64,000 bases of DNA from an uncultured Clostridia bacterium. GTDB lineage: Bacteria; Bacillota; Clostridia; UBA1381; UMGS1253. The notes below the pieces were generated by a model. The model was not told the origin of the DNA. It did no database searches and saw only the letters and a list, made by a program, of their open reading frames with translations. Made by a program: the position numbers and the translations under genes. Below, piece after piece: positions 30,511 to 40,090 of the stretch. Every line of letters begins with the position of its first letter. Positions within the stretch are counted from its first letter, which is position 1. Location: contig CAKSHP010000009.1 of the NCBI GenBank assembly GCA_934457145.1, forward strand, positions 626-64,625, in the 5' to 3' direction.

Positions 30511-30677
30511 ATTAAAATCTCCTTTAAAAAATACAAAATTTTAAAATCATGTAAAACACCTTTAAAATGCGCTGTATTAAAAAAACTGATTAAAACGCAT
30601 AAGTATATCAAAATTTTCTGAAAATTGATTACACGAAGGGCGTTTTTAAGAAAAATACTCAATAATTTTACAAAATA

Positions 30678-31556
30678 TTACAAGTTTAATAAATTTAAAA
30701 CTCTTTCAAAATCATCTTTACCGTAATACTCTATTTCTATTTTCCCCTTTTTATCTTTTGATATTATTTTCACTTTTGTGCCTAATTTTGTTGATAACCT
30801 CGATTGAATTTCTTTAAGCTGCATTTCAATAGCGGTGTCTTTGTTTTCGGTTTTCTTTTCTTTAATATTTTCTTCGCGCAGCTTTTGAGCCATTTTTTCA
30901 GCCTGGCGAACGCTTAACCCGGCAGATACTATTTGATTTGCAAATTCGTCTTGATATTTTTCATCAACTGAAAGAATTGCGCGTGCATGTCCGCCGGAAA
31001 TAAGTCCGTCTGAAATCATTTTTTGAATATTGTCTTTAAGTGAGAGCAAACGCAACGAATTTGCAACCGCACTTCTGCTTTTTCCGACTCTTTGCGAAAC
31101 GGTTTCCTGTGTCAGCGAAAATTCATCTAATAACGATTTATACCCTAAAGCTTCTTCAATCGGATTTAAATCTTCTCTTTGAAGATTTTCAACCAATGCA
31201 ATTTCCATTGACTGCTGTTTTTCATATGAACGAACTATTGCCGGAATTTCTTTAAGCCCGGCAAGCCTTGATGCTCTCCAGCGTCTTTCGCCGGCAATGA
31301 TTTGGTAGTAGCCGTTATCAGCTTCGCTCACTATTATCGGCTGTATAACGCCGCAAGTTTTAATTGAATCAGATAAAACTTTAAGTTTTTCTTCGTCAAA
31401 CACTTTTCTTGGCTGTTCTTTATTTGGTTCTATTAAAGAAATTTTTATATTAACAACAGCATTTTCAGATGTTTTATCTTTTTCCGGATAAAAAACTTTT
31501 GAATCTTCTGTATCAAAAAGAGCTCCAAGTCCTTTTCCGAGTCCTTTTTTAGCCAT
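30678..31556 (-). CDS. parB: Chromosome partitioning protein ParB/Spo0J
   Basis: MAKKGLGKGLGALF N-terminus, ParB box GERRWRA, and HTH LTQETVSQRVGKSRSAVANSLRLL. ATG 31556 has a GGAG RBS. Confidence 0.9.
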   Translation of the reverse strand: MAKKGLGKGLGALFDTEDSKVFYPEKDKTSENAVVNIKISLIEPNKEQPRKVFDEEKLKVLSDSIKTCGVIQPIIVSEADNGYYQIIAGERRWRASRLAGLKEIPAIVRSYEKQQSMEIALVENLQREDLNPIEEALGYKSLLDEFSLTQETVSQRVGKSRSAVANSLRLLSLKDNIQKMISDGLISGGHARAILSVDEKYQDEFANQIVSAGLSVRQAEKMAQKLREENIKEKKTENKDTAIEMQLKEIQSRLSTKLGTKVKIISKDKKGKIEIEYYGKDDFERVLNLLNL

Positions 31557-31701
31557 AATAATCTCCATTCTGCCGTTCTGCGCCGGCATAAACAGTAATT
31601 AAAATTCTCTTATCCGCAGAAAAAATAATAAGAGATTTTTTGATTTTATAAAAATTTATGAGGGTAATTTGATTTTTTACAGGTTAGATTAAATTTTTGC
31701 G

Positions 31702-32472
31702 TTAAATATTTTTATTTTTGCTTATAACTTCATTTGCCAAAGCCAGGTATGCATCGGCGCCTTTTGACGTTATATCGTATGATAAAATTGATTCGCCAAA
31801 GCTTGGAGCTTCGCTTAAACGCACGTTTCTCGGAATTGCCGTTGCGTAAAGCTTGTCCGGAAAATATTTTTTAAGCTCGTCTAAAACCTGTATTGCAAGA
31901 TTTGTTCTTGAGTCATACATTGTTGCCAAAACGCCCTCAAGTGAAAGAGAGGGGTTTATTGTTTTTTTAACTTGTTTTATTGTTCCGGTAAGCTGTGAAA
32001 GTCCTTCAAGTGCATAATATTCACACTGAATTGGAATTAAAACCGAGTCTGCTGCGGAAAATGCATTTAAGGTTATAAGTCCGAGTGACGGAGGACAGTC
32101 GATAATTATATAATCGTAATTGTCTAAAACAGGTTTTAAAGATTTTTTTAATCTTGATTCTCTGTCGGAAATGCCGACTAATTCAATTTCGGCGCCCGCC
32201 AAAGAAATATTTGAAGGCAGACAGTCTAAATTGTTTTGAGTTGTGCTGCAAATTGCATTTTGCACAGGTGCTTCATTTATTATGCAATCATATATTGAAT
32301 ATTTTATATCTTTTCGGTTAATGCCTATTCCGCTTGTGGCATTTCCCTGCGGATCCGCATCTGCAAGAAGCGTTTTTTTCTTTTTATATGCCAATGCTGC
32401 GGACAGATTAACGGAGGTTGTGGTCTTCCCCACTCCGCCTTTTTGGTTTACTACAGCAATTACTTTTGCCAT
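31702..32472 (-). CDS. parA: Chromosome partitioning ATPase ParA/Soj
   Basis: Deviant Walker A NQKGGVGKTTT and IIIDCPPSLG. ATG 32472 is preferred (MAKVIAVVNQKGG). Confidence 0.9.
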   Translation of the reverse strand: MAKVIAVVNQKGGVGKTTTSVNLSAALAYKKKKTLLADADPQGNATSGIGINRKDIKYSIYDCIINEAPVQNAICSTTQNNLDCLPSNISLAGAEIELVGISDRESRLKKSLKPVLDNYDYIIIDCPPSLGLITLNAFSAADSVLIPIQCEYYALEGLSQLTGTIKQVKKTINPSLSLEGVLATMYDSRTNLAIQVLDELKKYFPDKLYATAIPRNVRLSEAPSFGESILSYDITSKGADAYLALANEVISKNKNI

Positions 32473-32634
32473 GTGTAAGCGTCCTTTCATTATTTATTGC
32501 ACTTACTATTTTAGCACATTTATATTAAATAGTAAAGAAAAATTTAAAAAAGTGTTTGAAAACATAAATATAACTGTCAAAAACTAAATATACTTTTTGT
32601 AAACAACAGGCTGTGTAATAAAAAAAACAACAAA

Positions 32635-32650
32635 TGTTTCACGTGAAACA
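32635..32650. promoter_or_regulatory. parS site 1 (perfect TGTTTCACGTGAAACA)
   Basis: This 16-bp palindrome matches the Firmicutes parS consensus tGTTNCACGTGAAACA. It is embedded in a longer palindrome AACAACAAATGTTTCACGTGAAACATTTGTTGTT (32626-32659). Confidence 0.9.
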
Positions 32651-32681
32651 TTTGTTGTTTTTAAATATATGGGGGTAAAAA

Positions 32682-32697
32682 TGTTTCACGTGAAACA
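32682..32697. promoter_or_regulatory. parS site 2 (perfect TGTTTCACGTGAAACA)
   Basis: A second identical 16-mer starts 47 bp after the start of the first. Confidence 0.9.
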
Positions 32698-32705
32698 TTT
32701 TTAAA

Positions 32706-34580
32706 TTAATCAACCAAATCGCAGAGGTTGTTTGAAAATTCAACAGGATCTTCGATATTAAGTCCTTCAATAAGCAATGCACTTGAATAAAGAAGATTTG
32801 TGTATTTTGTTAGCTTATCTTTATCGGTATTGTAAAGAGTTTTTAAAGTGTCGAAAACTTTATGATTAATGTTAATTTCCAAAATTTTCTGAGCGTTTAC
32901 TTTATTATCATTCGGCATTTTATTTAACACTTTTTCCATCTCAACCGATAAATCTCCTTCGCTTGTTATGCAAACGGGATGGTTTTTAAGTCTTGCAGTT
33001 GCTTTAACTGCTGTAATTTTGCCGTCTAACGCTTTTGTCATAAAGTCAAACAAATCTTTATTTTCTTCTTTTGTTTCCTTTTCCTTTTTAGCGTCCTCGT
33101 CGGATTCAAGTCCGGAGTCGCTTGCTGAAACTGATTTAAACTCTTTATCTTTATAGGTGTTTAAAATTTTGAGTGCAAATTCGTCAACGTCTTCGGTCAG
33201 ATACAATATCTCATATCCTTTGTCGCGCGCTGCTTCAACCTGAGGAAGTTTGTCAATCTTGTCTGCGCTGTCACCCGTTGCATAATAGATATATTTTTGC
33301 TCCTCGCTCATGTTCTTGGCATATTCGCTAAGTGTTGTGTACTTCTTTTCTTTTGAAGAAATAAACATTATAAGGTCTTTTAGAACGTCTTTGTCAGCGC
33401 CGTAATTATCATATATGCCGAATTTCAGCTGACGGGCAAAAGCTTTATAAAAAGCTTCATAGTTTTCGCGGTCGTTTTTAAGCATCGATTCCAATTCGTT
33501 TTTGATTTTTTTCTTGATATTTGATGCGATTGCCTTAAGCTGACGGTCGTGCTGAAGAATTTCTCTTGAAATATTAAGCGATAAATCAGCAGAGTCAACC
33601 AAACCTTTAACAAAGCCGAAATAGTCCGGAAGTAAATCTGCACATTTGTCCATAATTAAAACGCCGTTTGAATAAAGCTGCAAGCCTTTTTCGTATTCTT
33701 TTGTATAGTAATCAAAGGGCGGGTGCTTTGGAATAAACATAAGAGCCGTATAGCTTACTATACCGTCGGCGCTTGTGTGAATAACCTTTGCCGGAGTTTC
33801 ATAGTCATAAAATTTGTCGCGGTAAAAATTGTTATAATCCTCGTCTTTAAGTTCGGATTTTGACTTTTTCCATATAGGAATCATGCTGTTAAGAGTTTCA
33901 TCTTCCTGATATTCTTCAAAATCCTCGCTGCCCTCTTTTTTGCGGCTTTTTGTAACAAGCATCTTTATCGGATACTTAATGTAGTCGGAATATTTTTTAA
34001 CAAGCATACGGATTTTGTATTCGTCTAAAAATTCGTCATAATTTTCGTCTTCCGTGTTTTTCTTTATCGAAAGAGTAATCTGTGTGCCGTTTGTGTCATA
34101 ACTGCAAGGCGTTATGTCATATCCCGATGCCCCTTTAGACTGCCACATAAAAGCTTCGTCGCTTCCGAATTTTCGGCTTACTACGCTGACGCAGTCGGCA
34201 ACCATAAATGCCGAATAAAATCCAACACCGAACTGACCTATAATATCGATATCGTCGGAAAGCTCATTCGACTTTTTAAAAGCAAGCGATCCGCTTTTTG
34301 CAATTGTGCCGAGGTTTTCTTCAAGCTCCTTTTCGCTCATTCCGATACCCGTATCGGTAATGGTTAAAAGGCGTTTTTCCTTGTCGGCGCTTATTCTTAT
34401 ATAAAAATTATCGCGGTTAAATTCAATGTTTTCATCCGAAAGCGACATATAGTAGAGTTTATCTATGGCGTCGTTTGCATTTGAAATAAGTTCACGCAAA
34501 AAAATTTCTTTATGCGTATAAATTGAATTAATCATCATATCCAAAAGTCTTTTCGACTCGGATTTAAATTGTTTTGCCAT
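32706..34580 (-). CDS. htpG: Molecular chaperone HtpG (Hsp90)
   Basis: 624 aa. [37 protein letters not shown] and [16 protein letters not shown] are Hsp90 N-domain signatures. Confidence 0.95.
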   Translation of the reverse strand: MAKQFKSESKRLLDMMINSIYTHKEIFLRELISNANDAIDKLYYMSLSDENIEFNRDNFYIRISADKEKRLLTITDTGIGMSEKELEENLGTIAKSGSLAFKKSNELSDDIDIIGQFGVGFYSAFMVADCVSVVSRKFGSDEAFMWQSKGASGYDITPCSYDTNGTQITLSIKKNTEDENYDEFLDEYKIRMLVKKYSDYIKYPIKMLVTKSRKKEGSEDFEEYQEDETLNSMIPIWKKSKSELKDEDYNNFYRDKFYDYETPAKVIHTSADGIVSYTALMFIPKHPPFDYYTKEYEKGLQLYSNGVLIMDKCADLLPDYFGFVKGLVDSADLSLNISREILQHDRQLKAIASNIKKKIKNELESMLKNDRENYEAFYKAFARQLKFGIYDNYGADKDVLKDLIMFISSKEKKYTTLSEYAKNMSEEQKYIYYATGDSADKIDKLPQVEAARDKGYEILYLTEDVDEFALKILNTYKDKEFKSVSASDSGLESDEDAKKEKETKEENKDLFDFMTKALDGKITAVKATARLKNHPVCITSEGDLSVEMEKVLNKMPNDNKVNAQKILEININHKVFDTLKTLYNTDKDKLTKYTNLLYSSALLIEGLNIEDPVEFSNNLCDLVD

Positions 34581-34616
34581 TTATAACATCCTCTTTCTTT
34601 AGTATATACAAAATTA

Positions 34617-34643
34617 TTAGCACTCTCATCTTACGAGTGCTAA
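34617..34643. promoter_or_regulatory. CIRCE operator (HrcA binding site) upstream of htpG
   Basis: TTAGCACTC-N9-GAGTGCTAA is a perfect match to the CIRCE consensus. It lies 37 bp upstream of the htpG ATG and immediately downstream of the -10 element. Confidence 0.85.
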
Positions 34644-34647
34644 TATA

Positions 34648-34675
34648 ATTCTACCATATATTTCGTATTTGTCAA
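34648..34675 (-). promoter_or_regulatory. Candidate sigma-A promoter of htpG
   Basis: On the minus strand: TTGACA (34675-34670), 16-nt spacer, TAGAAT (34653-34648) preceded by TGG. Confidence 0.6.
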
Positions 34676-34812
34676 TATTTTTTTTGTAGTTTTAACTATT
34701 TGTTCATAGTTGAAAATTTTTTGTTACATTGAATATAAAAACGTTGACCGCAAATAATTAAAATGGTACAATATAAAAAAGCATAAAAATAAAAGAAGGT
34801 GTGTAAAAGCTT

Positions 34813-35688
34813 ATGAAAAAAGGAAAAAGAAAAGCGGCAAAGATAATATGCGTGGTTTTTGCGGTTTTGATTGCTGTCGTTTCCGGCGCTGCAATCTGGC
34901 AAAAAGATAACATAAAAGCCTTTATACTGTCAAGAAAATATTCTTCAAAAGAGCTTTTGGCACAGATGTCTGAAAATGATAAACAGTTAAAAGAAGAAAT
35001 AGAAAAATACTTCCCCGAAGGAATAAGAGAATATACGGACGAAGAAAAAGAACAGATTGAATCGGGCGAATTAAGCGAAAAACAGGTTCTTGCAAAAATT
35101 TTGTCGGAAAAGAGCGAAGAGCTTGAAAACAAAGAAAATATGACAGATGAAGAACGCGAAATATATGAAAAAATAGAGCAAATACAAAAGAAAATAAATC
35201 CAAACGTTAAAGTGAGCGTCGACACAAGCGATGTTTTGGTTCCAAAACCCGCAAAAGACGCAAACAGCAGCGGCGAGATAGTTGTTATAGGAAAACCGTC
35301 GCAGACGGGCGCAAATAACTCATCAAAAAGCGACCACTCCCCCACTGCCGAGTCAATAATAAGCAAATATGTTTCGCAGCTTTACGCGCTTGAGGGAAAA
35401 TATATCGGATATATTGAAGGAGTTGTTTCATCGGCAAAGGGCGAAGCAAAATCAAAAGGACTTACCAAAAAGGATACATCCGCACTTTTGAGCATCGGCG
35501 CAAAATACACAAGCAGAATAAATTCGCTTGAGGCTTCATGCGACGGAGAAGTTGAAAACGTTATTTCAAATCTAAAGCGCGAGCTTAATGCAATCGGGGC
35601 AGATACCGGCATAATTTCAACCATACGCTCGGCATATTCAAATGAAAAAAGCCTGAAAAGAGCATATTATATGAATATGATTTACTAA
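34813..35688 (+). CDS. Membrane-anchored protein with E/K-rich coiled-coil region, function unknown
   Basis: 291 aa. N-terminal TM IICVVFAVLIAVVSGAAIW. No recognisable catalytic motif. Confidence 0.6.
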   Translation: MKKGKRKAAKIICVVFAVLIAVVSGAAIWQKDNIKAFILSRKYSSKELLAQMSENDKQLKEEIEKYFPEGIREYTDEEKEQIESGELSEKQVLAKILSEKSEELENKENMTDEEREIYEKIEQIQKKINPNVKVSVDTSDVLVPKPAKDANSSGEIVVIGKPSQTGANNSSKSDHSPTAESIISKYVSQLYALEGKYIGYIEGVVSSAKGEAKSKGLTKKDTSALLSIGAKYTSRINSLEASCDGEVENVISNLKRELNAIGADTGIISTIRSAYSNEKSLKRAYYMNMIY

Positions 35689-35724
35689 ATTTACGGCAAA
35701 AATCAAAAAAATTTGAAAAAAACA

Positions 35725-35753
35725 TTGATAAATACTACAAAATATGATATATT
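35725..35753 (+). promoter_or_regulatory. Candidate promoter of serS
   Basis: TTGATA (35725-35730), 17-nt spacer, TATATT (35748-35753). Confidence 0.55.
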
Positions 35754-35788
35754 ATTCTTTAAAGAAACAATAAGGAGATATAGTTGGT

Positions 35789-37084
35789 ATGTTAGATATT
35801 AAATTTGTTAAAGAAAATCCCGAAATTGTAAAGGAGAATATAAAAAAGAAGTTTAAAGACGAAAAACTTTCGCTGGTTGACGAGGCAATAAAGCTTTACG
35901 ACGCTAAAAAAGAGGCAAACAGCAAAGCCGGCGACCTTCGCGCTAACCGCAATAAATACAGCAAACAGATAGGCGCGTTGATGGGACAGGGCAAGCGCGA
36001 TGAAGCTGAGGAGCTTAAAAAGCTTGTAAATGCCCAGGCAGATGAACTTCGCGAGCTTGAGGCAAAAGAAAACGAGTATGAAACAAAACTTAAAGACGTT
36101 ATGATGAAAATTCCGAACATTGTTGATGCTTCGGTGCCGGTTGGCAGAAACGACGAAGAAAACGTTGAAGTTGAGCAGTTTGGCGAAAAAACAAAAGTTG
36201 ATTTTGAAATTCCTTACCACACCGATATAATGGCAAAGTTTAACGGTATTGATAAAGAAGCGGCAGGCCGCGTTGCGGGTGAAGGTTTTTACTATTTAAT
36301 GGGCGATATTGCAAGACTTCACAGCGCCGTTACGGCATATGCAAGAGACTTTATGATAGATAAAGGCTTTACTTATTGCATACCTCCGTTTATGATAAGA
36401 AGCAACGTTGTTACAGGCGTTATGAGCTTTGAAGAAATGGATGCAATGATGTATAAAATTGAAGGCGAGGATTTGTATCTTATCGGTACGAGCGAACACT
36501 CCATGATCGGTAAATTTATAGACACTATGACTCCCGAGGCAGACCTTCCCTTAACTCTTACAAGCTATTCGCCGTGCTTCAGAAAAGAAAAAGGCGCACA
36601 CGGTATAGAGGAAAGAGGAATATACAGAATACATCAGTTTGAAAAACAGGAAATGATTGTTATATGCAAGCCTGAAGAAAGCATGGACTGGTTTAATAAA
36701 ATGTGGAGCTACAGCGTTGAACTTTTCCGCTCAATGGATATACCGGTAAGAACGCTTGAGTGCTGCACGGGCGACCTTGCAGACCTTAAAGTTAAATCAT
36801 ATGATGTTGAGGCATGGTCGCCGAAACAAGGCAAATATTTTGAAGTTTGCTCGTGCTCTAATCTGGGAGATGCACAGGCAAGACGTTTGGGCATAAAAGT
36901 TAAAGGTGCGGACGGCAGAAAATATCTTGCACACACCTTAAACAACACGGTTGTTGCGCCTCCGAGAATGCTTATTGCGCTTTTGGAAAACAATCTTTGC
37001 TTTGACGGCAAAAAATACAGCGTAAAAATTCCTAAAGCTTTAAGACCGTATATGGGCGGTAAGGAAATTATAGAAGAAAAATAA
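35789..37084 (+). CDS. serS: Seryl-tRNA synthetase
   Basis: 431 aa. N-terminal coiled-coil arm MLDIKFVKENPEIV. Class II motifs are present (FRKEKGAHG, GDLADLK..., LNNTVVAPPR). Confidence 0.95.
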   Translation: MLDIKFVKENPEIVKENIKKKFKDEKLSLVDEAIKLYDAKKEANSKAGDLRANRNKYSKQIGALMGQGKRDEAEELKKLVNAQADELRELEAKENEYETKLKDVMMKIPNIVDASVPVGRNDEENVEVEQFGEKTKVDFEIPYHTDIMAKFNGIDKEAAGRVAGEGFYYLMGDIARLHSAVTAYARDFMIDKGFTYCIPPFMIRSNVVTGVMSFEEMDAMMYKIEGEDLYLIGTSEHSMIGKFIDTMTPEADLPLTLTSYSPCFRKEKGAHGIEERGIYRIHQFEKQEMIVICKPEESMDWFNKMWSYSVELFRSMDIPVRTLECCTGDLADLKVKSYDVEAWSPKQGKYFEVCSCSNLGDAQARRLGIKVKGADGRKYLAHTLNNTVVAPPRMLIALLENNLCFDGKKYSVKIPKALRPYMGGKEIIEEK

Positions 37085-37092
37085 TCTGATAT

Positions 37093-37128
37093 AAAAAATC
37101 GGTGTGAATTTTTTCACACCGATTTTTT
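37093..37128. terminator. Bidirectional terminator after serS
   Basis: AAAAAATCGGTGTGAA pairs with TTCACACCGATTTTTT. Confidence 0.9.
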
Positions 37129-37187
37129 ATATATTTGCATTGTTTTATGCTGTTTTAAGAATTAAAAAGATGTAATCTGTGCGTGTT

Positions 37188-39179
37188 TTATATTATTTTC
37201 ATTATATCGCGCGTAAGGGCAAGCAAATCCGAGCAGTATTGCGATTTTTTGAATTTTGCGATTTGTCCGTTTTCACCGTAAAGCGTTATTGTTTCTTTTT
37301 CAAACTTTAAATAGTTTAGATAATATATAAATCCGCAAACATCTTCTTTTTCAAAGAAATCTTTGATACACGAATATAAAATAAATTCTTTTTCGGAATT
37401 AATATAAAGCTCCGGAAGTGTTTGTGCATTTTTTAATAAAAACATATTCGTAAACATGCAAACATCGGCAAAATCCTTAGGCTTTATCGGAGTTTCAAGC
37501 TTTTGCCACTGTTTTATGTCAAACCTGTAATAAAGCTCGGGGGAGTCTTTAAAAATTTCTTTTATATATCTTCTTTCAGTCAGCGTTTGTTTTGCAACCT
37601 CGCCGTAGTATAAAATGCCGCTTTCGGCTCCGAACAGTGATTTTGACTGATATATTGCAACATATTTAACCGGTAGATTTTCCTTAAAAACATATTTTTG
37701 CGGTATATAGTAAAAATTTTTTGATATATTTATTTCAAATTGCGCCCTTGTTTTCACAACGCCCGTCAAAACGTTTTTCCTTTCAAACATCATGTTGTTT
37801 TTTAACCTGCAAAAAACGTTCTGGTATTTTAAATCGTCGCTGTCGCCTGTTATTTCTTTTAAAAACTTATCAAAATCCGAATCGTAATCGGGCGAAAGCG
37901 CGATTGCGTTTTCAAATTCCGAATGTTTGTCATCAAAATAGAAAAGACTGCATTTTGAAATAATGCGGCGTTTGCTCGTTTTGCCTGTTAAAAGATTCGG
38001 ATATGCGCAAGTTTTAATAATATCCGTTTTATCGGGAGCTTTTTTATAAACGGCGTCAAATGCATAAATGTTTAAAAGCGATGCGCGTTCGTCATTTGTT
38101 TTAACGCTTATGAAAATGCACGGCAAATCAGGTTTCGGATCGTATTTAACCGAAATTGCAAGGTTTGCTTTGGTGTTTACAAATTTTGTTTCGCATGGCT
38201 TTGTTATATCCGCAAAAAACTTTGTTTCATCAAAAGTAAAAATATTTAAACAAACTTTCTGGCAGAGCTTTAAAAGCATATCGTTTATTTTTGCAAAACA
38301 CCAGAATTTATAAAGCATATCGGCATTATCTAACCCGCAAAAATAAAACAGAGATGTGTTTTGAGCTTTGATATCATCTATTAAAGAAAGCGGAGCTGAT
38401 AGAAGCGGTATGTTTTTTAGCATATCGCAAAGACCGGGGTAAAATACTTTTAATTCATTTAAAAGGTTTATGGTCTTTAAAATATTTTGCTTTAAATTTT
38501 TGTTTTTCTCTGTGTTGTATGCATCAATTATTTTATAGCCTTTAAAGGTTCTTTTGGGTGCGGCATTTCTTTTTGAAAACACAGCGGCAAATTTTCGTCT
38601 GCTTTTCGGTTTTAAAAATTTTAACGACTTGTCAGAAACCTTAAAGCTTCGCGGTTTAACGGACGAAATAAGCGTATTTAAGTGATCATATATATAAAAC
38701 GGCGTTTTGTGGTTTTTCACATTATAAAAGCTTAAACCGTCTAATGCGCCGCAATCGTCAAGAAACTTGCGGATTTGCGAGTCTGCATATTTTCCGATAA
38801 AGGAAAGCATGGCGTGCAAATCTTCTTTATATGAATCCATGCCTGCAAACGCTTCAAGTTCGGCATAACCGTAAAGAGAGGAATTTATATATAATTCAAG
38901 CCTGTTAATTCCTGAAAGAAAATTTATCCCGGCGCAGTATATGCCGGAAAAAATTTTTGTAAGAGCCAGCGGATTTCCGTTTAACAAAAGCTCGGTTCTA
39001 TCTTCCGGGCTTTTGTTAAGATAAAGAAAATACTTTCCGCTTTGGTATAGCGCATAATTTTTTTCGCATTTAAAATTTTCGCTCAGGCTGATATTTCCCG
39101 CGCTTTCAGGTCGGTTTTCGTTTTCGCAAAATATGCATATGCTGACCGTGCCGGAAGTTATGTTTAAAACTTCTGTCAA
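37188..39179 (-). CDS. Orphan large protein with DUF2357/McrC-like N-terminus, degenerate PD-(D/E)xK (DUF524-like) core and a PUA-like C-terminal module. This assignment is a hypothesis.
   Basis: Start is placed at TTG 39179 (AAGGAGG at 39194-39188, 8-nt spacer) because the track start at 39236 lies inside the metQ terminator stem. Motifs: MLYKFWCFAKI, PDLPCIFISV...(18 aa)...FDAVYKK, and VKYVAIYQS...GILYYGEV...YYRFDIKQWQKLETPI. Confidence 0.7.
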   Translation of the reverse strand: MTEVLNITSGTVSICIFCENENRPESAGNISLSENFKCEKNYALYQSGKYFLYLNKSPEDRTELLLNGNPLALTKIFSGIYCAGINFLSGINRLELYINSSLYGYAELEAFAGMDSYKEDLHAMLSFIGKYADSQIRKFLDDCGALDGLSFYNVKNHKTPFYIYDHLNTLISSVKPRSFKVSDKSLKFLKPKSRRKFAAVFSKRNAAPKRTFKGYKIIDAYNTEKNKNLKQNILKTINLLNELKVFYPGLCDMLKNIPLLSAPLSLIDDIKAQNTSLFYFCGLDNADMLYKFWCFAKINDMLLKLCQKVCLNIFTFDETKFFADITKPCETKFVNTKANLAISVKYDPKPDLPCIFISVKTNDERASLLNIYAFDAVYKKAPDKTDIIKTCAYPNLLTGKTSKRRIISKCSLFYFDDKHSEFENAIALSPDYDSDFDKFLKEITGDSDDLKYQNVFCRLKNNMMFERKNVLTGVVKTRAQFEINISKNFYYIPQKYVFKENLPVKYVAIYQSKSLFGAESGILYYGEVAKQTLTERRYIKEIFKDSPELYYRFDIKQWQKLETPIKPKDFADVCMFTNMFLLKNAQTLPELYINSEKEFILYSCIKDFFEKEDVCGFIYYLNYLKFEKETITLYGENGQIAKFKKSQYCSDLLALTRDIMKII

Positions 39180-39195
39180 AAAAGCCGCCTCCTTA

Positions 39196-39243
39196 CTAAA
39201 AATATAATAAAGGGCGCGCAGCAAAATATGCCGCACACCCTTT
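39196..39243 (-). terminator. Rho-independent terminator of metNIQ
   Basis: On the minus strand, AAAGGGUGUGCGGC (39243-39230) pairs over 14 bp, including 3 G-U pairs, with GCUGCGCGCCCUUU (39222-39209). AUUAUAUUUUU follows. Confidence 0.75.
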
Positions 39244-39254
39244 TAAGGATTTAA

Positions 39255-40073
39255 TTAAAATATTGCAACAACAGCGCCTTCATATTTGTCTTCTATGAAT
39301 TTGCGGATTTCTTCTGTTTGCAAAGCTTTTAATAAAGCTTTGGTTTTTTCGCTGTTTTCGTTGCCTTCTTTAACCGCAACTATGTTTGCATAGCGTTTTG
39401 CGGCTTCGGAGTTTGCGTCTTCTGTTGCAAGAGCCTGCGAAACCTTAAGTCCGCCGCCTATAGCATAGTTACCGTTGATAACTGCCATGTCAACGTCTGC
39501 CAAAGCGCGAACAAGCTGCGCTGCTTCAATTTCTTCAATAACAAGGTTTTTCGGATTTTCCGCAATATCAAGAACGGTTGCCGTGAATCCAATGCCCTCG
39601 CGGAGCTTTATAAGATCTAAAGACTCTAAAAGGAAGAGCGCTCTTGCTTCGTTTGTTCCGTCGTTGGGGATAGCAATTTTAGCTCCGTCTGCCAAAGCGT
39701 CTAAAGAGTTTGTTTTTCCGGCATACAAACCGAACGGCTCATAGTGAATTGCGCCTGCGGAAACAAGATGTGTGTTGTTGTTTTTGTTAAAGTCTTCAAG
39801 ATAGGGCAAGTGCTGGAAGTAGTTTGCATCAAGCTCGCCGCTTTCGGTTGCCGTGTTGGGAAGAACATAATCGTTATACTCAACAACTTCGAGAGTGTAG
39901 CCTTCTTTTGCAAGTGCGTCTTTTGCAGCTGCCAAAATTTCAGCATGCGGAGTTACGCTTGCGCCGACTTTGATAACCTTTTCTTTTGAAGCGCTGTTTT
40001 TGCCGCAGCCTGTAAATGAGAAAATCATAACTATTCCCAATACAACTGCCAATACCTTTGATAATTTTTTCAT
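39255..40073 (-). CDS. metQ: Methionine ABC transporter substrate-binding lipoprotein (NlpA/MetQ family)
   Basis: Lipobox FSFTGC. The NlpA-family pattern reads IKVGASVTPHAEIL...LDANYFQHLPYL... Confidence 0.9.
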   Translation of the reverse strand: MKKLSKVLAVVLGIVMIFSFTGCGKNSASKEKVIKVGASVTPHAEILAAAKDALAKEGYTLEVVEYNDYVLPNTATESGELDANYFQHLPYLEDFNKNNNTHLVSAGAIHYEPFGLYAGKTNSLDALADGAKIAIPNDGTNEARALFLLESLDLIKLREGIGFTATVLDIAENPKNLVIEEIEAAQLVRALADVDMAVINGNYAIGGGLKVSQALATEDANSEAAKRYANIVAVKEGNENSEKTKALLKALQTEEIRKFIEDKYEGAVVAIF

Positions 40074-40090
40074 TTTAAAACATCTCCTTT

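Noticed and set aside
35689-35788. T-box leader upstream of serS
   Set aside because: The intergenic region is only 100 bp and holds just a promoter and an RBS. There is no specifier loop, T-box sequence or terminator.
34758-36220. Antisense ORFs 34758-35366 (202 aa), 34922-35203, 35382-35624, 35792-36220 and 35896-36120
   Set aside because: They lie opposite the E/K-rich coding regions of the 291-aa gene and serS. The translations are S/F/L-rich mirror images of GAA/AAG-rich coding sequence. No start signals are present.
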